This document shows positions 1 through 10,331 of a DNA stretch of 64,000 nt, one piece after another. The DNA lies in NCBI GenBank assembly GCA_964013535.1, contig CAXGWS010000003.1, positions 36,719 to 100,718 of the forward strand, in the 5' to 3' direction. The notes beneath the pieces were generated by a model that made no database searches, was not told the origin of the DNA, and saw only the letters and a program-made list of their open reading frames with translations. Each line of letters starts with the position of its first letter. Position 1 is the stretch's first letter. Source of the stretch: an uncultured Candidatus Poseidoniales archaeon. Its GTDB lineage: Archaea; Thermoplasmatota; Poseidoniia; Poseidoniales; Poseidoniaceae. Position numbers and translations under genes: made by a program.

Positions 1-343
1 CCCGATGAATAATCGGTGTACCTTCATCTCCGTTTTTCTGATAAATAATTACATCACCTTCCATTCCGTGTGTTTCGTAGCCGTGATACTTATTGTCTCG
101 GTCACTGGCTTCTGCAAAAGTTACAATGTTATCGTAGGGTGTGTCCATTACTAAGATTAAGTCGCCAGCATCAATACTACCAATCTCTCCATTCGTTTCG
201 TGAATCATCGATGAGGATTCAACTACAACCAAAGGAGGCATAGTACCGGTGTGCGCCCACAAACCTAAGACGAGGAAAGCAATCATTGCTACCGCTAACA
301 TCATCTCTCGTAGGAGATTACTCAACGGATTACTATCGCTCAA
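1..343 (-). CDS. Signal peptidase I (S26B/Sec11-type), 5' part, truncated by window edge
   Basis: Not in the ORF track. Manual translation from TTG at 343: MSDSNPLSNLLREMMLAVAMIAFLVLGLWAHTGTMPPLVVVESSSM...GDLILV...GDVIIYQ...PIIHR. Shows a TM helix, the Ser-Met catalytic box and the IIHR motif; GAGGG SD upstream. Confidence 0.85.
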   Translation of the reverse strand, partial: MSDSNPLSNLLREMMLAVAMIAFLVLGLWAHTGTMPPLVVVESSSMIHETNGEIGSIDAGDLILVMDTPYDNIVTFAEASDRDNKYHGYETHGMEGDVIIYQKNGDEGTPIIHR

Positions 344-352
344 CTTTTACCC

Positions 353-739
353 TCATTTGCGCTTTTTCAGGCCTTTTTCAACGAGAAAATCTTCCCACGC
401 AACAGCGTGACCAGCGCCGAGAATTTTTGCCGCTTCATCCCCTTCAGACTTGCGGCGCTTCAATTCAGAAGTCGAGTCAATCTGTTTTAGTTCGTCGAGT
501 AAATTGACATAGCCTCTAAGGTTGAGGAACTCTGGAGTTGCAACAATTAAGATGAGACTTGAAAGTACTATCATTCCTATTGCAGCACCGGTAAAATCAC
601 CCCACTCGGCATCGCTTTGCAGGAATAGTAGTTGGTATGCACTGGCCATTAATAAAACGCTGGAGGCACCAAATGCTGTTGCACTCAACATCAATTGTCT
701 GCCGTGCTGCTTGTCCCATAAATCGCCAAAGAACCCCAT
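353..739 (-). CDS. Hypothetical membrane protein (2 TM helices, basic C-terminus)
   Basis: 128-aa ORF with two hydrophobic segments and a GGTGA SD; directly upstream of the signal peptidase gene. Confidence 0.7.
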   Translation of the reverse strand: MGFFGDLWDKQHGRQLMLSATAFGASSVLLMASAYQLLFLQSDAEWGDFTGAAIGMIVLSSLILIVATPEFLNLRGYVNLLDELKQIDSTSELKRRKSEGDEAAKILGAGHAVAWEDFLVEKGLKKRK

Positions 740-860
740 ATCATCACCATTGCTTGGTAGGTGGTATCATGTTTGAGTTCTTTGATGTTTTGTTTGGAAT
801 TTTTACTACAAATAATCAAAAGTGATTGGGGTAACCATACACCGCGGGGGTGGGGAGAGT

Positions 861-3800
861 ATGTCTAGTGTATTTTCCCGACTTCATGAAAATTTGCAAA
901 AAGCGCTTGCTGCAAAGGGTTGGGAACCAACACCAATTCAAGAATCTGCCATCCCAGCAATAATTCAAGGTAACAATAGATTGTTGATTGCTCCTACCGG
1001 TTCAGGTAAGACATTGTCAGCCATTTTACCAATCCTGCACCGCTGTATCAGCGAAAACTGGGAACCATTATCAGTTCTCTACATAACTCCGCTCAGAGCA
1101 CTTAACAGAGATGTTGATCGTAGGCTGCAGGAAATTGCGGAGTCAGTCGGATTACGTGTTGGTTTGCGGCATGGTGATACTACTCAATCAGAGCGAGCAA
1201 AACAAGTTAGAAAGCCACCACACATTCTTGTGACAACTCCTGAAACCTTTCAATTGATGTTCACGGGAAAGAATCTGCGAGGGTTGTTAAAAACAGTTGA
1301 AGCAGTTATAGTCGACGAAGTTCACGATTTAGCGGCTAGCGAACGCGGTTGGCAGTTGTCGTTGGGTTTAGCAAGGCTTGAGGCTTTGTCGGGCAAAAAA
1401 GTACAGCGAGTAGGGTTGTCGGCCACCGTTGGTAATCCGCAGCAAGTAGCAAGCTGGCTTGCTGATGATGGTGAACCAATTATCGAAACCGGAAAGCGAG
1501 TTACTGAAATTGTTGTGGAAACGGAATTTCCCACTCCAGAAGATGAAACAGGAGGGATTGAATATGCCATCCCGTCTCGGGCTCATGCAATATTTCGAAA
1601 TGTTATCAAAATGATTCGTCAAGATGCACCATGCTTACTGTTTGTCAATAGTAGAAGTGATGCCGAGACAATTGCTAACAGGTTACAAAAGATGGCTCCT
1701 GACTTAGATATTGGAGTGCATCATGGCTCGCTTGCAACCAAGACTAGAGTTGAGATGGAAGAGGGTCTACGAACCGGTAAAATTTCTGGGTTAGTGTGTA
1801 CCTCAAGTCTTGAATTAGGCATTGATATTGGTCTAATTAATCGTATAATACAAATCAAGAGCCCTCGTTCAGTTGATCGTTTACTGCAAAGGGTTGGGAG
1901 AGCAGACCACCGTCTTGGTGGCATCGGCCGAGGCAATATTTTCGCTTGGGATTGTGATGAATTATCCGAGGCCACGGTCATTGCTAATAGAGCCATGCGA
2001 GGTGAATTAGAACCGGTAATTTGGCGTGATAATCCAAGAACTGTTGCGGTAAATCAACTAATACTGATGGCCCACTGTTTCAAGGCGGTACCAATAGATG
2101 ATGCTACGAAAATCATTAGCAATGCGCCCCAATTTAAGGATTGGAATCGTGACAATACAATTGATTTATTGGAGGTAATTGCCGATAATTGGTTGGTAAA
2201 ATACGTCGAGAATCCAATCGAATCGCCTTGGTATCGTTGGCCTACAGCAATTTATGAAGAGGCTAAACTGATGGCAGAAAATAAATTGGTAAATCTTCCT
2301 GACGAACGACCATTGTTCAAAACTCCCGATGCAGATATCGATGATAAATTGAAGAAAATAGAATTAAAATTACCTTCTAAGTATGCTAACGGATGGTTTT
2401 CAGTATCAGGCAGAACACGTGACTGGGTCAGTAAACACCTGTCAATGATTCCAGATAAACAATCATACAAAGTTAGGGATAGTGTTACCAGAAGAACCAT
2501 TGGTACGGTTGATGAGGCATTCGTTCTATCGCTCAATGATTCTGGTGAAGATGAAGATGGGGCAGTGAGACGATTTGTCATCGCTGGTCGCACCTGGATG
2601 ATAATTGATGCAGACCCAGAAAAGTCTGAACTATTGGTTGTCCCTGCATCAGACCAAGCAAAAGCACCGCAATGGGTTGGTGAATTGCCACCTGTGCCCG
2701 CAGATGTCGCAAGAGAGATTGGCAAATTGAGAGAATTGGTAGCCGAAGATTTAGGCTTGATTTCTGTCGACAAATTAGACTCTGTTGATCGATTTAACTT
2801 ACTATCATCATCTAATTTAACGCTCACTGACTACCCGATAAATGAGCATGGACTTGGAATGCTGAGCGAGGAAATCGGCGAACACATGGAAGCATCGGGA
2901 GTTATTCCTACGGATAGTAGAATTACCATTGAGGCAAGGAATGATGCAATAATCATCAATTCCTGTCACGGTACCAAGATTAACGAGACGCTCGGTCACC
3001 TACTACTCGCCATGGCCTCGACTAAATCCGGCAGTTGGGGGCGATTAATCATAGAATCAACAAGAATTGGGATTCAAGCCTCGGGTATATCTCCTGAAGA
3101 TTTAGTAGGTTGGCTGAATGAAACGCCACCTGATGCTTTGGAGGGTGTACTAAGCGTAACTCTGCCCAATTCTCGACAGTTAAGGTGGCGATTTGCTGAA
3201 GTTGGCAAGACTTTCGGAATAATTAGGCATGGGGTAGATCCGAGAAGAATAAATCTCCAAGCCTTAATTCGCAAATACCGTGGTACAGTGGTATTGAGAG
3301 AGGTATTGGATAAATTATTTTTTGAGAAAATGGATATTCAAGGGGCGTCTGATGTGTTATCCGCGATTCAAGAGGGAGTGATAGCGATTGAAATTGCTGC
3401 AGCTGGACCAATTGGTCTGTCAAGACGGTCAAGCAAAGATTTGTTATTACCAAATTGGGATAATGCTGCTGTTAGGGAACGACTCAAATTACGGTTAGAG
3501 AACGAACGAGCAGTACTGTGCTGTTTGAAGTGCAAAAGCATCAGGCGATTTAGAGTTGCAAGGTATAATGAGATTGCTGATATTGGTATTTGTCTAAAAT
3601 GTAATGGTAGGATGCAGGCCTGTGCGAGGGAAGGATTGCTTTCGATGTTGCAGGATTGGGTTGCATCGGATGAAGATTCCGACCGAATTAGGATGATAAA
3701 AAATGCAGAAATGGTACAGAATAGAGGGCAGGAGGCAATCATGTGCTTGATGGGTCGAGGTATTGGTGAAGCGACGGCACAGAGAATCCTGCGCAAGGTT

Positions 3801-3884
3801 CCTCGAAATAATCGAGATGGCCTACTTAGAGCAATTCACTTAGCGGAAATAGAATACGCTCGAACCCGAAGGTTTTGGGGTTAA
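861..3884 (+). CDS. lhr: ATP-dependent Lhr-like DEAH-box helicase with C-terminal Cys4 zinc-finger region
   Basis: Motifs [33 protein letters not shown] and QRVGR; C-terminal CLKC...CLKC and GRGIG. Start moved to ATG 861 after GGGGAG. Confidence 0.92.
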   Translation: MSSVFSRLHENLQKALAAKGWEPTPIQESAIPAIIQGNNRLLIAPTGSGKTLSAILPILHRCISENWEPLSVLYITPLRALNRDVDRRLQEIAESVGLRVGLRHGDTTQSERAKQVRKPPHILVTTPETFQLMFTGKNLRGLLKTVEAVIVDEVHDLAASERGWQLSLGLARLEALSGKKVQRVGLSATVGNPQQVASWLADDGEPIIETGKRVTEIVVETEFPTPEDETGGIEYAIPSRAHAIFRNVIKMIRQDAPCLLFVNSRSDAETIANRLQKMAPDLDIGVHHGSLATKTRVEMEEGLRTGKISGLVCTSSLELGIDIGLINRIIQIKSPRSVDRLLQRVGRADHRLGGIGRGNIFAWDCDELSEATVIANRAMRGELEPVIWRDNPRTVAVNQLILMAHCFKAVPIDDATKIISNAPQFKDWNRDNTIDLLEVIADNWLVKYVENPIESPWYRWPTAIYEEAKLMAENKLVNLPDERPLFKTPDADIDDKLKKIELKLPSKYANGWFSVSGRTRDWVSKHLSMIPDKQSYKVRDSVTRRTIGTVDEAFVLSLNDSGEDEDGAVRRFVIAGRTWMIIDADPEKSELLVVPASDQAKAPQWVGELPPVPADVAREIGKLRELVAEDLGLISVDKLDSVDRFNLLSSSNLTLTDYPINEHGLGMLSEEIGEHMEASGVIPTDSRITIEARNDAIIINSCHGTKINETLGHLLLAMASTKSGSWGRLIIESTRIGIQASGISPEDLVGWLNETPPDALEGVLSVTLPNSRQLRWRFAEVGKTFGIIRHGVDPRRINLQALIRKYRGTVVLREVLDKLFFEKMDIQGASDVLSAIQEGVIAIEIAAAGPIGLSRRSSKDLLLPNWDNAAVRERLKLRLENERAVLCCLKCKSIRRFRVARYNEIADIGICLKCNGRMQACAREGLLSMLQDWVASDEDSDRIRMIKNAEMVQNRGQEAIMCLMGRGIGEATAQRILRKVPRNNRDGLLRAIHLAEIEYARTRRFWG

Positions 3885-4951
3885 TTTGCCGTATCTTGCA
3901 AATTGATTAGTTCGGCAGCCTGTACAACATCACCCTCTTCCCACCAATCAACTGCAATAAACGTCGGTCGTTTTCCGTGCTCTTGCCAACATTCATTGGC
4001 CCTTGCAACGAGAAATTCAACGTCATTTGCTTCTCCAGCCTGGGTTGGGTCTGCTAATCCAACTTGATTGCTCAACCAATTATTCATGTGAAATACTTGC
4101 TGATTCCCGTCACCTCTATGCACATCACAGTTCATTTCAGCAGTGCTCTTTTCACCATAATTCGTTGTCCAACTGTGGCTTAGAAAGTCGTGAATCCATG
4201 GGTGTCGTTCATCATCGCCCTGTTCCCAGAATACAACTAAATTAGTTTGATTATCTATCATACTCTGCAAAGTTGGCCATGGCTGATTGACGGTGTGCAT
4301 GAAGACTCTATCCATTAAGCCTGAATCAATGAACACCTGCTCAAGATGTTCAGGCGATACATAATTTTCGACTAATACTGTTACCACATCTTGAGGATTG
4401 TCACTCATTTTTTCCTCAAGATTAGTTAGCCAATCAACTGCGCTTACATTGCCGTACACGCACGGGCTGAATCCACGGTCATCACTGCCGTGACAAAGTT
4501 TCACCCCTGACAAGGTTTTGTCATTTAGGTTATCATAATGTGTGTCGATCATGAATGCTCGCATACCTGCTTGCCATTGAGCGTTGAAGCCAGTTCGATG
4601 GTTACTTGCCGGATAGTAGATTCCATCATCTTCAGTCGCAAATGCATTGTGCGTCTCTGGGAAGGTAACATTGTCATAAGTACGTAAGCATAGTATCAAC
4701 ATTCCATTGCATGGTTCAGTTGGTTCTGGCTCCGGCTCCGGCTCGGGTTCCGGCTCCGGTTCTGGTTCCGGCTCTGGCTCCGGCTCTGGTTCCGGCTCTG
4801 GTTCCGGCTCCGGTTCTGGTTCCGGCTCCGAGCCATTATTTTGGTCTTCGACATTATCTTCTTGGTTATCTCCCAACGGGTCAAGCGGGTCTATACAACC
4901 GGAAAATAATAACAAAGCGGATATTATTAGCGTAATACCAACTCTGCTCAT
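3881..4951 (-). CDS. Lipoprotein with PI-PLC X-domain-like (PLC-like phosphodiesterase) catalytic domain
   Basis: Lipobox LLFSGC, acidic (EP)18 linker, then [19 protein letters not shown] and [14 protein letters not shown], typical of PI-PLC-like phosphodiesterases. Confidence 0.75.
   Translation of the reverse strand: MSRVGITLIISALLLFSGCIDPLDPLGDNQEDNVEDQNNGSEPEPEPEPEPEPEPEPEPEPEPEPEPEPEPEPEPEPTEPCNGMLILCLRTYDNVTFPETHNAFATEDDGIYYPASNHRTGFNAQWQAGMRAFMIDTHYDNLNDKTLSGVKLCHGSDDRGFSPCVYGNVSAVDWLTNLEEKMSDNPQDVVTVLVENYVSPEHLEQVFIDSGLMDRVFMHTVNQPWPTLQSMIDNQTNLVVFWEQGDDERHPWIHDFLSHSWTTNYGEKSTAEMNCDVHRGDGNQQVFHMNNWLSNQVGLADPTQAGEANDVEFLVARANECWQEHGKRPTFIAVDWWEEGDVVQAAELINLQDTAN
4721..4828 (-). repeat. 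Hexanucleotide tandem repeat encoding (Glu-Pro)18
   Basis: 18 units of GARCCN on the minus strand with synonymous third-position variation. Confidence 0.95.
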
Positions 4952-5001
4952 GGCGGTCCCTGTAAGTTAACATCAATCAAATTCTCGGTCAAATTCGAGA
5001 C

Positions 5002-5439
5002 TCAGATACTTCTTACTTCAACACCGGCTTCTCTCAACATTTCATTAGAGATGGTGAAATCTTCTTGCCATCGCTCCGGAATTTTGCCAGCATCCGGATA
5101 TACTACCTCTTTGATTCCGGCCTGAATCAATGACCTAGCACACCTAGAACATGGTGGCCATGTCACATACGCAGTGCTGTTTTTCAGTGAAACACCGATT
5201 CTTGCAGCATGCATTATGGCGTTTTCTTCGGCGTGGCAAATTAGTGGATATTTCTTCTCTCGATTTGTCAATCTATCCTCATCATCATCAATGCCTCGAG
5301 GGAATCCATTGAATCCCGTTGAGCGAATTTCTCTGTCCTCTCCAACAACTACACAACCAACTTTAGTCGAGGGGTCTTTGCTCCACAAAGAGATGTGCTT
5401 AGCAAGTTCAATGAACCTAAAATCCCACTTATTGCTCAT
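5002..5439 (-). CDS. dCMP deaminase
   Basis: SKDPSTKVG, TGFNGFPRG, HAEENA and PCSRC zinc-binding motifs. Confidence 0.92.
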   Translation of the reverse strand: MSNKWDFRFIELAKHISLWSKDPSTKVGCVVVGEDREIRSTGFNGFPRGIDDDEDRLTNREKKYPLICHAEENAIMHAARIGVSLKNSTAYVTWPPCSRCARSLIQAGIKEVVYPDAGKIPERWQEDFTISNEMLREAGVEVRSI

Positions 5440-5471
5440 CCGGACCAAATGCCCCTAAACAACTCTAAATT

Positions 5472-6755
5472 TCATTGCTTCGGCAATAAACTTAGGTCGT
5501 TATCGGAGTTTTTACCCAGATAATTTAGTATATTTCCTTGAAGATAAAGCGAACCAATCGACAGTATTGTGCCAGCATTATGTGCATCGACAGATAGGAT
5601 TCTATCTAAAGCAGCATCTACTTTTTCAAAGATGTGTACATTACAATTTTTCCAATTATAATCATTCAAATCATTTGGTTCAATTCCGGGATATCTCCCT
5701 CCCTGAGGTTTAGTAAGGTATAATTCAACACTTTCGAAATTCGAAAAGAGATCATTTACCAAATCAAGCATAACTTCGAGCTCTTGTTGCGGCGAGGTCC
5801 CGAAAATCACAGTAATTTTATCTCGGTCATCTCCACGTTTGGCTAATTCAACCAACTGTTCTTTGACACGTCTAATGCCTGATGGGTTATGTGCTGCATC
5901 GAGAATTAATCTATGACCTGAATCCAGTTTAATCTCTTGCAAACGAGCGGGCCAATTCATTCCGATTTTGGCTGACTCAATCATCGACTGGTCAATATCC
6001 AAAGTGGCAAATATTTGTTTTGCGATTTGCGCCGCTTCACTTAGCACATCAGTATTGGAATCAATCTCAACAAATGTGCAAGGAACGTCTTGCTGACGCT
6101 CACCCAATTTCGTATTTGCACTTTCTCGCGTGTAATTTACGACCGTATTTTCATAATTTTTTATTGGCATCTTTCTAGCAATCAATGGTTTTCCGGGCCT
6201 TGCAATTGCTGCTTTTTCTCGAATGATTTGGTAAATATCTTCACCAAGGATATCAGTGTGTTCTTCAGTAATTGCTGTTAACACCGCTAAGTCTGCGGGA
6301 GCACATCTTGTCGCATCTAATCTTCCCCCAAGGCCGGTTTCGAGAATCAAGTATCTGGGTTGCAAGTCCGCCGCAATCACCATGGCTGTCAAGAAGGTCG
6401 TTTCAAAGAATGTAGGATTAATTGACAGCTGTTTAGCAGTGTCCCTCACAGTGTTTAGAGCACCGTCGAACTGGTTAGGACTGACAGGAACACCGTTCAC
6501 CCTTACTCGTTCTTCAATTCGGCATAGATGCGGTGATGAAAAGAAAATATTGGAATCACCGTTGAGAGTTATTGATGTTGCAAGCAGTGAACACAGGGTG
6601 CCTTTGCCGTTACTACCAGCGACATGAATAACAGTTGTATCATCTAATTTGATGTCTAATGATGATAATATTGCGCGAGTATTTCCAAGACCGAGTGCCA
6701 TACCGCTGGATTTGGTTGATTCCAACCACTCTCGATTTGACAACTGACTTGCCAC
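5472..6755 (-). CDS. folC: Folylpolyglutamate synthase/dihydrofolate synthase
   Basis: HVAGSNGKG, SPHL, ETGLGGRLDAT, WPAR, DAAHN and GSLYL. Confidence 0.9.
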   Translation of the reverse strand: MASQLSNREWLESTKSSGMALGLGNTRAILSSLDIKLDDTTVIHVAGSNGKGTLCSLLATSITLNGDSNIFFSSPHLCRIEERVRVNGVPVSPNQFDGALNTVRDTAKQLSINPTFFETTFLTAMVIAADLQPRYLILETGLGGRLDATRCAPADLAVLTAITEEHTDILGEDIYQIIREKAAIARPGKPLIARKMPIKNYENTVVNYTRESANTKLGERQQDVPCTFVEIDSNTDVLSEAAQIAKQIFATLDIDQSMIESAKIGMNWPARLQEIKLDSGHRLILDAAHNPSGIRRVKEQLVELAKRGDDRDKITVIFGTSPQQELEVMLDLVNDLFSNFESVELYLTKPQGGRYPGIEPNDLNDYNWKNCNVHIFEKVDAALDRILSVDAHNAGTILSIGSLYLQGNILNYLGKNSDNDLSLLPKQ

Positions 6756-6855
6756 ACTCAGCCCAAATGTCGATACGGCATAATTCTTAGTGATATGATT
6801 TAACTAATTAAAATAAAAGCGATTCACTCAAAAGATAGAGCATCCACGCCAAAAC

Positions 6856-9030
6856 ATGAGCGAAGCAGACATCCCAGATTCTGGTCCGAGCACTGCTTCT
6901 CAAGAATTTGCCATGGTCGAGCAACAACTAGCGCAAGAAACCAGTGTTTTTGCATTGATGAAAGAACAGATGACTTCCATGTTTGGTATGGTTTCGATGT
7001 TCGTTTTGACCATCCTTCTCGCGTTGTTTATTCGGCCATGGTATGATGTTGCGGAACTACACGCATTTGGCGAATCAGGTGCAACACAGTTTAGATTTAT
7101 TCTTCTTGAATTGATCATGATTTTCATCTTCACAGCGGTCGTGATTGCGTTAGCAAGATACAAGAAAGAGTGGGTAATAAAATACGGAATCATGGGAGTA
7201 TTGACCATTGCTCTAATGTATACTACAGTTCCGTTGATGCATATGTTAGTAATCGACTTTGATGTTGAAGACTTTGAATATGAAACCACATCAACATACT
7301 CTGGAGAATATGTTGCAGATATGGGTATGGATGGATTCCTGACTCATGAATTGACTGGCAATGCCACTAATTGGCAAGATTCTATTGCGTTCTACAGCCC
7401 AGAGTCATTGCACGCAGGTGAAGCTGCATGGATTTCGAATTTTAGCAGATTACCTGCCGGAGATTTTGAAAACCTTAGAATTGTGAAATCGGAAGGTTAC
7501 CTCACCATCACCAATACTGCATGGATGTGGACTGTCAATACTGCAACCGGGGCCATTGAGAATGTCTTTGAATGTAATTACTTTGACGGTCAAGGAAATC
7601 TGCAGTTGGGCATGCCTAACGGTTACAGTTGTGACATGGCCGTAATGGCACAGAACGGGGTTTACATCTTTTCGAATAGCGGCGAAGTAACTTATCACGT
7701 AATCAGCGAAAATACCGGTGCATTGTTGGCGCCACAAGCCCAGTGGGTCTTGCCAAGTTACATCAATTACGGAGACGGCTTCATTGAAGCCATACATTTT
7801 GCTGATGACCGCCTACTGCTGGTAACCGAAAAAACCGCCATGGTTATGGCACTTAAGACTAGCAAGGTATCTCTGACAGCCGAAGAGATGCCAATCGAAT
7901 TTGAGCACTATACAGAAGCCGGTTTAACCTCTGCAGACTTCGGACATTCACCGTGGTCAACCGAGAAAATAAGCGATAACAACGGCATGAGTGGTTTACT
8001 AATTGTCGGTGAGGCAAACGGTAACGTTACGGGTTGGGAATGGAATGGAACAAAATCAGATACAAACCAATTTTCTTTGCAGGAAAAGATGAAAATTAAT
8101 GGATTGGTTGACACAGTAAAGCAGGTACAAATCACCGACTTGGGCAACTCAGGATACTCTGACCTACTGGTTTCAGACAACGAAAATTCCTTTTGGTTAT
8201 ACTCTAGCTTACTGAAGAACCGAGCAACATTTAGCGTTGCGGACGATTTCTTGCAAGGAGTGTTTCTAAGCAATGGATCAGAGGATTACTATTATGCGGT
8301 TTCAGCATCTTCGATTGATAGTGGCATTATTGAAGACAACATGTACACTTTAGACGGCTTACAATTGTACAATGTTCCTTTCTGGGCAGGTGTGATATTG
8401 GGATTGCTGCTAATGATTCTCCTTTACTTCCACAGTGAGTGGTATGTGGTGAATACAGTTGGAGTTCTTGTCGGTTCAGGGGTTATTGTTATGCTGGGCG
8501 TGGCATTTGTCCCAGGATTGATTATGATTTTCATGATATTAGCCGCTATTTATGATGCTTGGGCGGTTTACCGCTCGAAACACATGTTAGAATTAGCAGA
8601 CACCATGATTGGCCTTCAGTTGCCAATTCTATTGGTGGCACCACAGGATAAAGGCTACTCATTCAAGGATGAGAAGACCAAGATGGTCGACAAACCACAG
8701 ATTGCTCACTCTTCACCTCCGGTAAACGCTTCAAAGGTAGTTAAGAAGAAGAATAGTGAAGCGTTGTTTATGGGTCTTGGTGATATCATTTTCCCCGGTA
8801 TGTTGGTATTGTCTGCCGTACAGTGGCTGGATAGTGACAGTGCTTTTGCGATTGCTATGTTTGCATTGGCAGGGTCCTTGTTGGGCTATCTTGCACTGAT
8901 GAGTTATGTTGCCAGGGGTCGGGCACAAGCAGGATTGCCACTATTAAACGGTGGAGCGATCTTGGGCTATTTGATTGGCGGATTAATCTTCATGGGCACT
9001 GAAATTTTCAATCTTGGTATTTCGTTTTAG
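6856..9030 (+). CDS. Presenilin-family (PSH) intramembrane aspartyl protease with large soluble insertion
   Basis: YDAWAVYRSKHM (YD), GLGD and AGLPLLN motifs; about 370-aa hydrophilic insert between TM segments. Confidence 0.88.
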   Translation: MSEADIPDSGPSTASQEFAMVEQQLAQETSVFALMKEQMTSMFGMVSMFVLTILLALFIRPWYDVAELHAFGESGATQFRFILLELIMIFIFTAVVIALARYKKEWVIKYGIMGVLTIALMYTTVPLMHMLVIDFDVEDFEYETTSTYSGEYVADMGMDGFLTHELTGNATNWQDSIAFYSPESLHAGEAAWISNFSRLPAGDFENLRIVKSEGYLTITNTAWMWTVNTATGAIENVFECNYFDGQGNLQLGMPNGYSCDMAVMAQNGVYIFSNSGEVTYHVISENTGALLAPQAQWVLPSYINYGDGFIEAIHFADDRLLLVTEKTAMVMALKTSKVSLTAEEMPIEFEHYTEAGLTSADFGHSPWSTEKISDNNGMSGLLIVGEANGNVTGWEWNGTKSDTNQFSLQEKMKINGLVDTVKQVQITDLGNSGYSDLLVSDNENSFWLYSSLLKNRATFSVADDFLQGVFLSNGSEDYYYAVSASSIDSGIIEDNMYTLDGLQLYNVPFWAGVILGLLLMILLYFHSEWYVVNTVGVLVGSGVIVMLGVAFVPGLIMIFMILAAIYDAWAVYRSKHMLELADTMIGLQLPILLVAPQDKGYSFKDEKTKMVDKPQIAHSSPPVNASKVVKKKNSEALFMGLGDIIFPGMLVLSAVQWLDSDSAFAIAMFALAGSLLGYLALMSYVARGRAQAGLPLLNGGAILGYLIGGLIFMGTEIFNLGISF

Positions 9031-9038
9031 GTGATTAA

Positions 9039-10331
9039 ATGTTAGATATTCACATGTTCAGGGATAATCAAGCACAAATTCGTGCTGATCACGACAAGCG
9101 TGGCATTTCCCATGACAAGATAGATGAGGTTCTAAAGTACGATAAAATGTGGTTGAACCTACAGCACGATACCAATCAACTTAGGCAAAAGAAAAATATT
9201 GCAGCCAGGGGTATTAGCGAAGCAAAAAAATCTGGCGATGAAGCAAAAGCACAAGCAATTTTGGCGGAAGTAGCCTCACTAGGTGCTGAGATATCTCGGC
9301 TTGAGGCTGAGACCCAAGCTGCAAAAGAACAACGCGATACAATACGTATGTCAATCCCTAATATCCTACATCCAGATGTTCCTGAAGGTGACGATGAATC
9401 TGGTAATACCGTACACAGCGTCTATGGGGAAAAACCTGAATTTGATTTTGAGCCTAGAACTCACAACGAACTTATCGAGATGAACAAATGGGTCGATTTG
9501 AAGCGAGCGGCTAAGATTGTAGGTAGTAGGTTTTTCTTCCTCAAAGGAGATTTAGCGCGATTAGAATTAGCGCTACAAAATTATGCGGTCGATTTCATTG
9601 GTAACAGAGGCTATACATTTGTCCAGCCACCGGTTATGATGAATCGTCAGGCGTATGAGGGAGTTACCGACCTAGGTGACTTTGAAACTGTAATGTATGG
9701 TATTGAACCAGATAAATATTACATGATTGCAACATCCGAACACCCACTTACGGCCATGTATATGGGCGAGACCATTCCAGAAGACCAGTTGCCCTTGAGA
9801 ATCGTTGGAGTTTCGCCCTGCTTCAGGCGAGAAGTCGGCTCCCATGGTCAGTCTGATTTGGGAATTTGGCGGGTACACCAATTTACCAAGATTGAACAAA
9901 TCGTCATTGCAAAACCTGATGATTCATGGTCGATTCATGAAGAGTTGTTGAAAAACTGCGTAGATTTGTGGAATGAATTGGGACTGCATTACGAGGTTGT
10001 CAACATTTGTACCGGTGACATGGGGACTGTTGCTGCCAAAAAATATGACTTAGAGGCTTGGTTGCCTGGAGCAGGACAATACAAGGAAATTGTCTCATGT
10101 TCAAATTGCACTGACTACCAAGCCAATCGTTTGCAAATAAAATACGGTCAGCCAGGCCATGCTAATCAACCGATAGTCCACACGCTCAACTCTACCGCAG
10201 TTGCAACCTCAAGGGCTTTAGTAGCAATCATTGAACAAAACCAACTGGCGGATGGTAGAGTGAAAATACCCGAAGTTCTCGTGCCGCTTATGGGCGGGCA
10301 GACTATCTTAGAACCATGTCAGTGGGGCTAA
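9039..10331 (+). CDS. serS: Serine--tRNA ligase
   Basis: N-terminal coiled coil, ATSEHP, CFRREVG, RVHQF, YDLEAW and EIVSCSNCTDYQ. Confidence 0.97.
   Translation: MLDIHMFRDNQAQIRADHDKRGISHDKIDEVLKYDKMWLNLQHDTNQLRQKKNIAARGISEAKKSGDEAKAQAILAEVASLGAEISRLEAETQAAKEQRDTIRMSIPNILHPDVPEGDDESGNTVHSVYGEKPEFDFEPRTHNELIEMNKWVDLKRAAKIVGSRFFFLKGDLARLELALQNYAVDFIGNRGYTFVQPPVMMNRQAYEGVTDLGDFETVMYGIEPDKYYMIATSEHPLTAMYMGETIPEDQLPLRIVGVSPCFRREVGSHGQSDLGIWRVHQFTKIEQIVIAKPDDSWSIHEELLKNCVDLWNELGLHYEVVNICTGDMGTVAAKKYDLEAWLPGAGQYKEIVSCSNCTDYQANRLQIKYGQPGHANQPIVHTLNSTAVATSRALVAIIEQNQLADGRVKIPEVLVPLMGGQTILEPCQWG

Noticed and set aside
4696..4970. ORFs encoding (GS)n, (AP/VP)n or (RNQ/RS)n repeats
   Set aside because: They are alternative-frame shadows of the (EP)18 linker in the lipoprotein gene.
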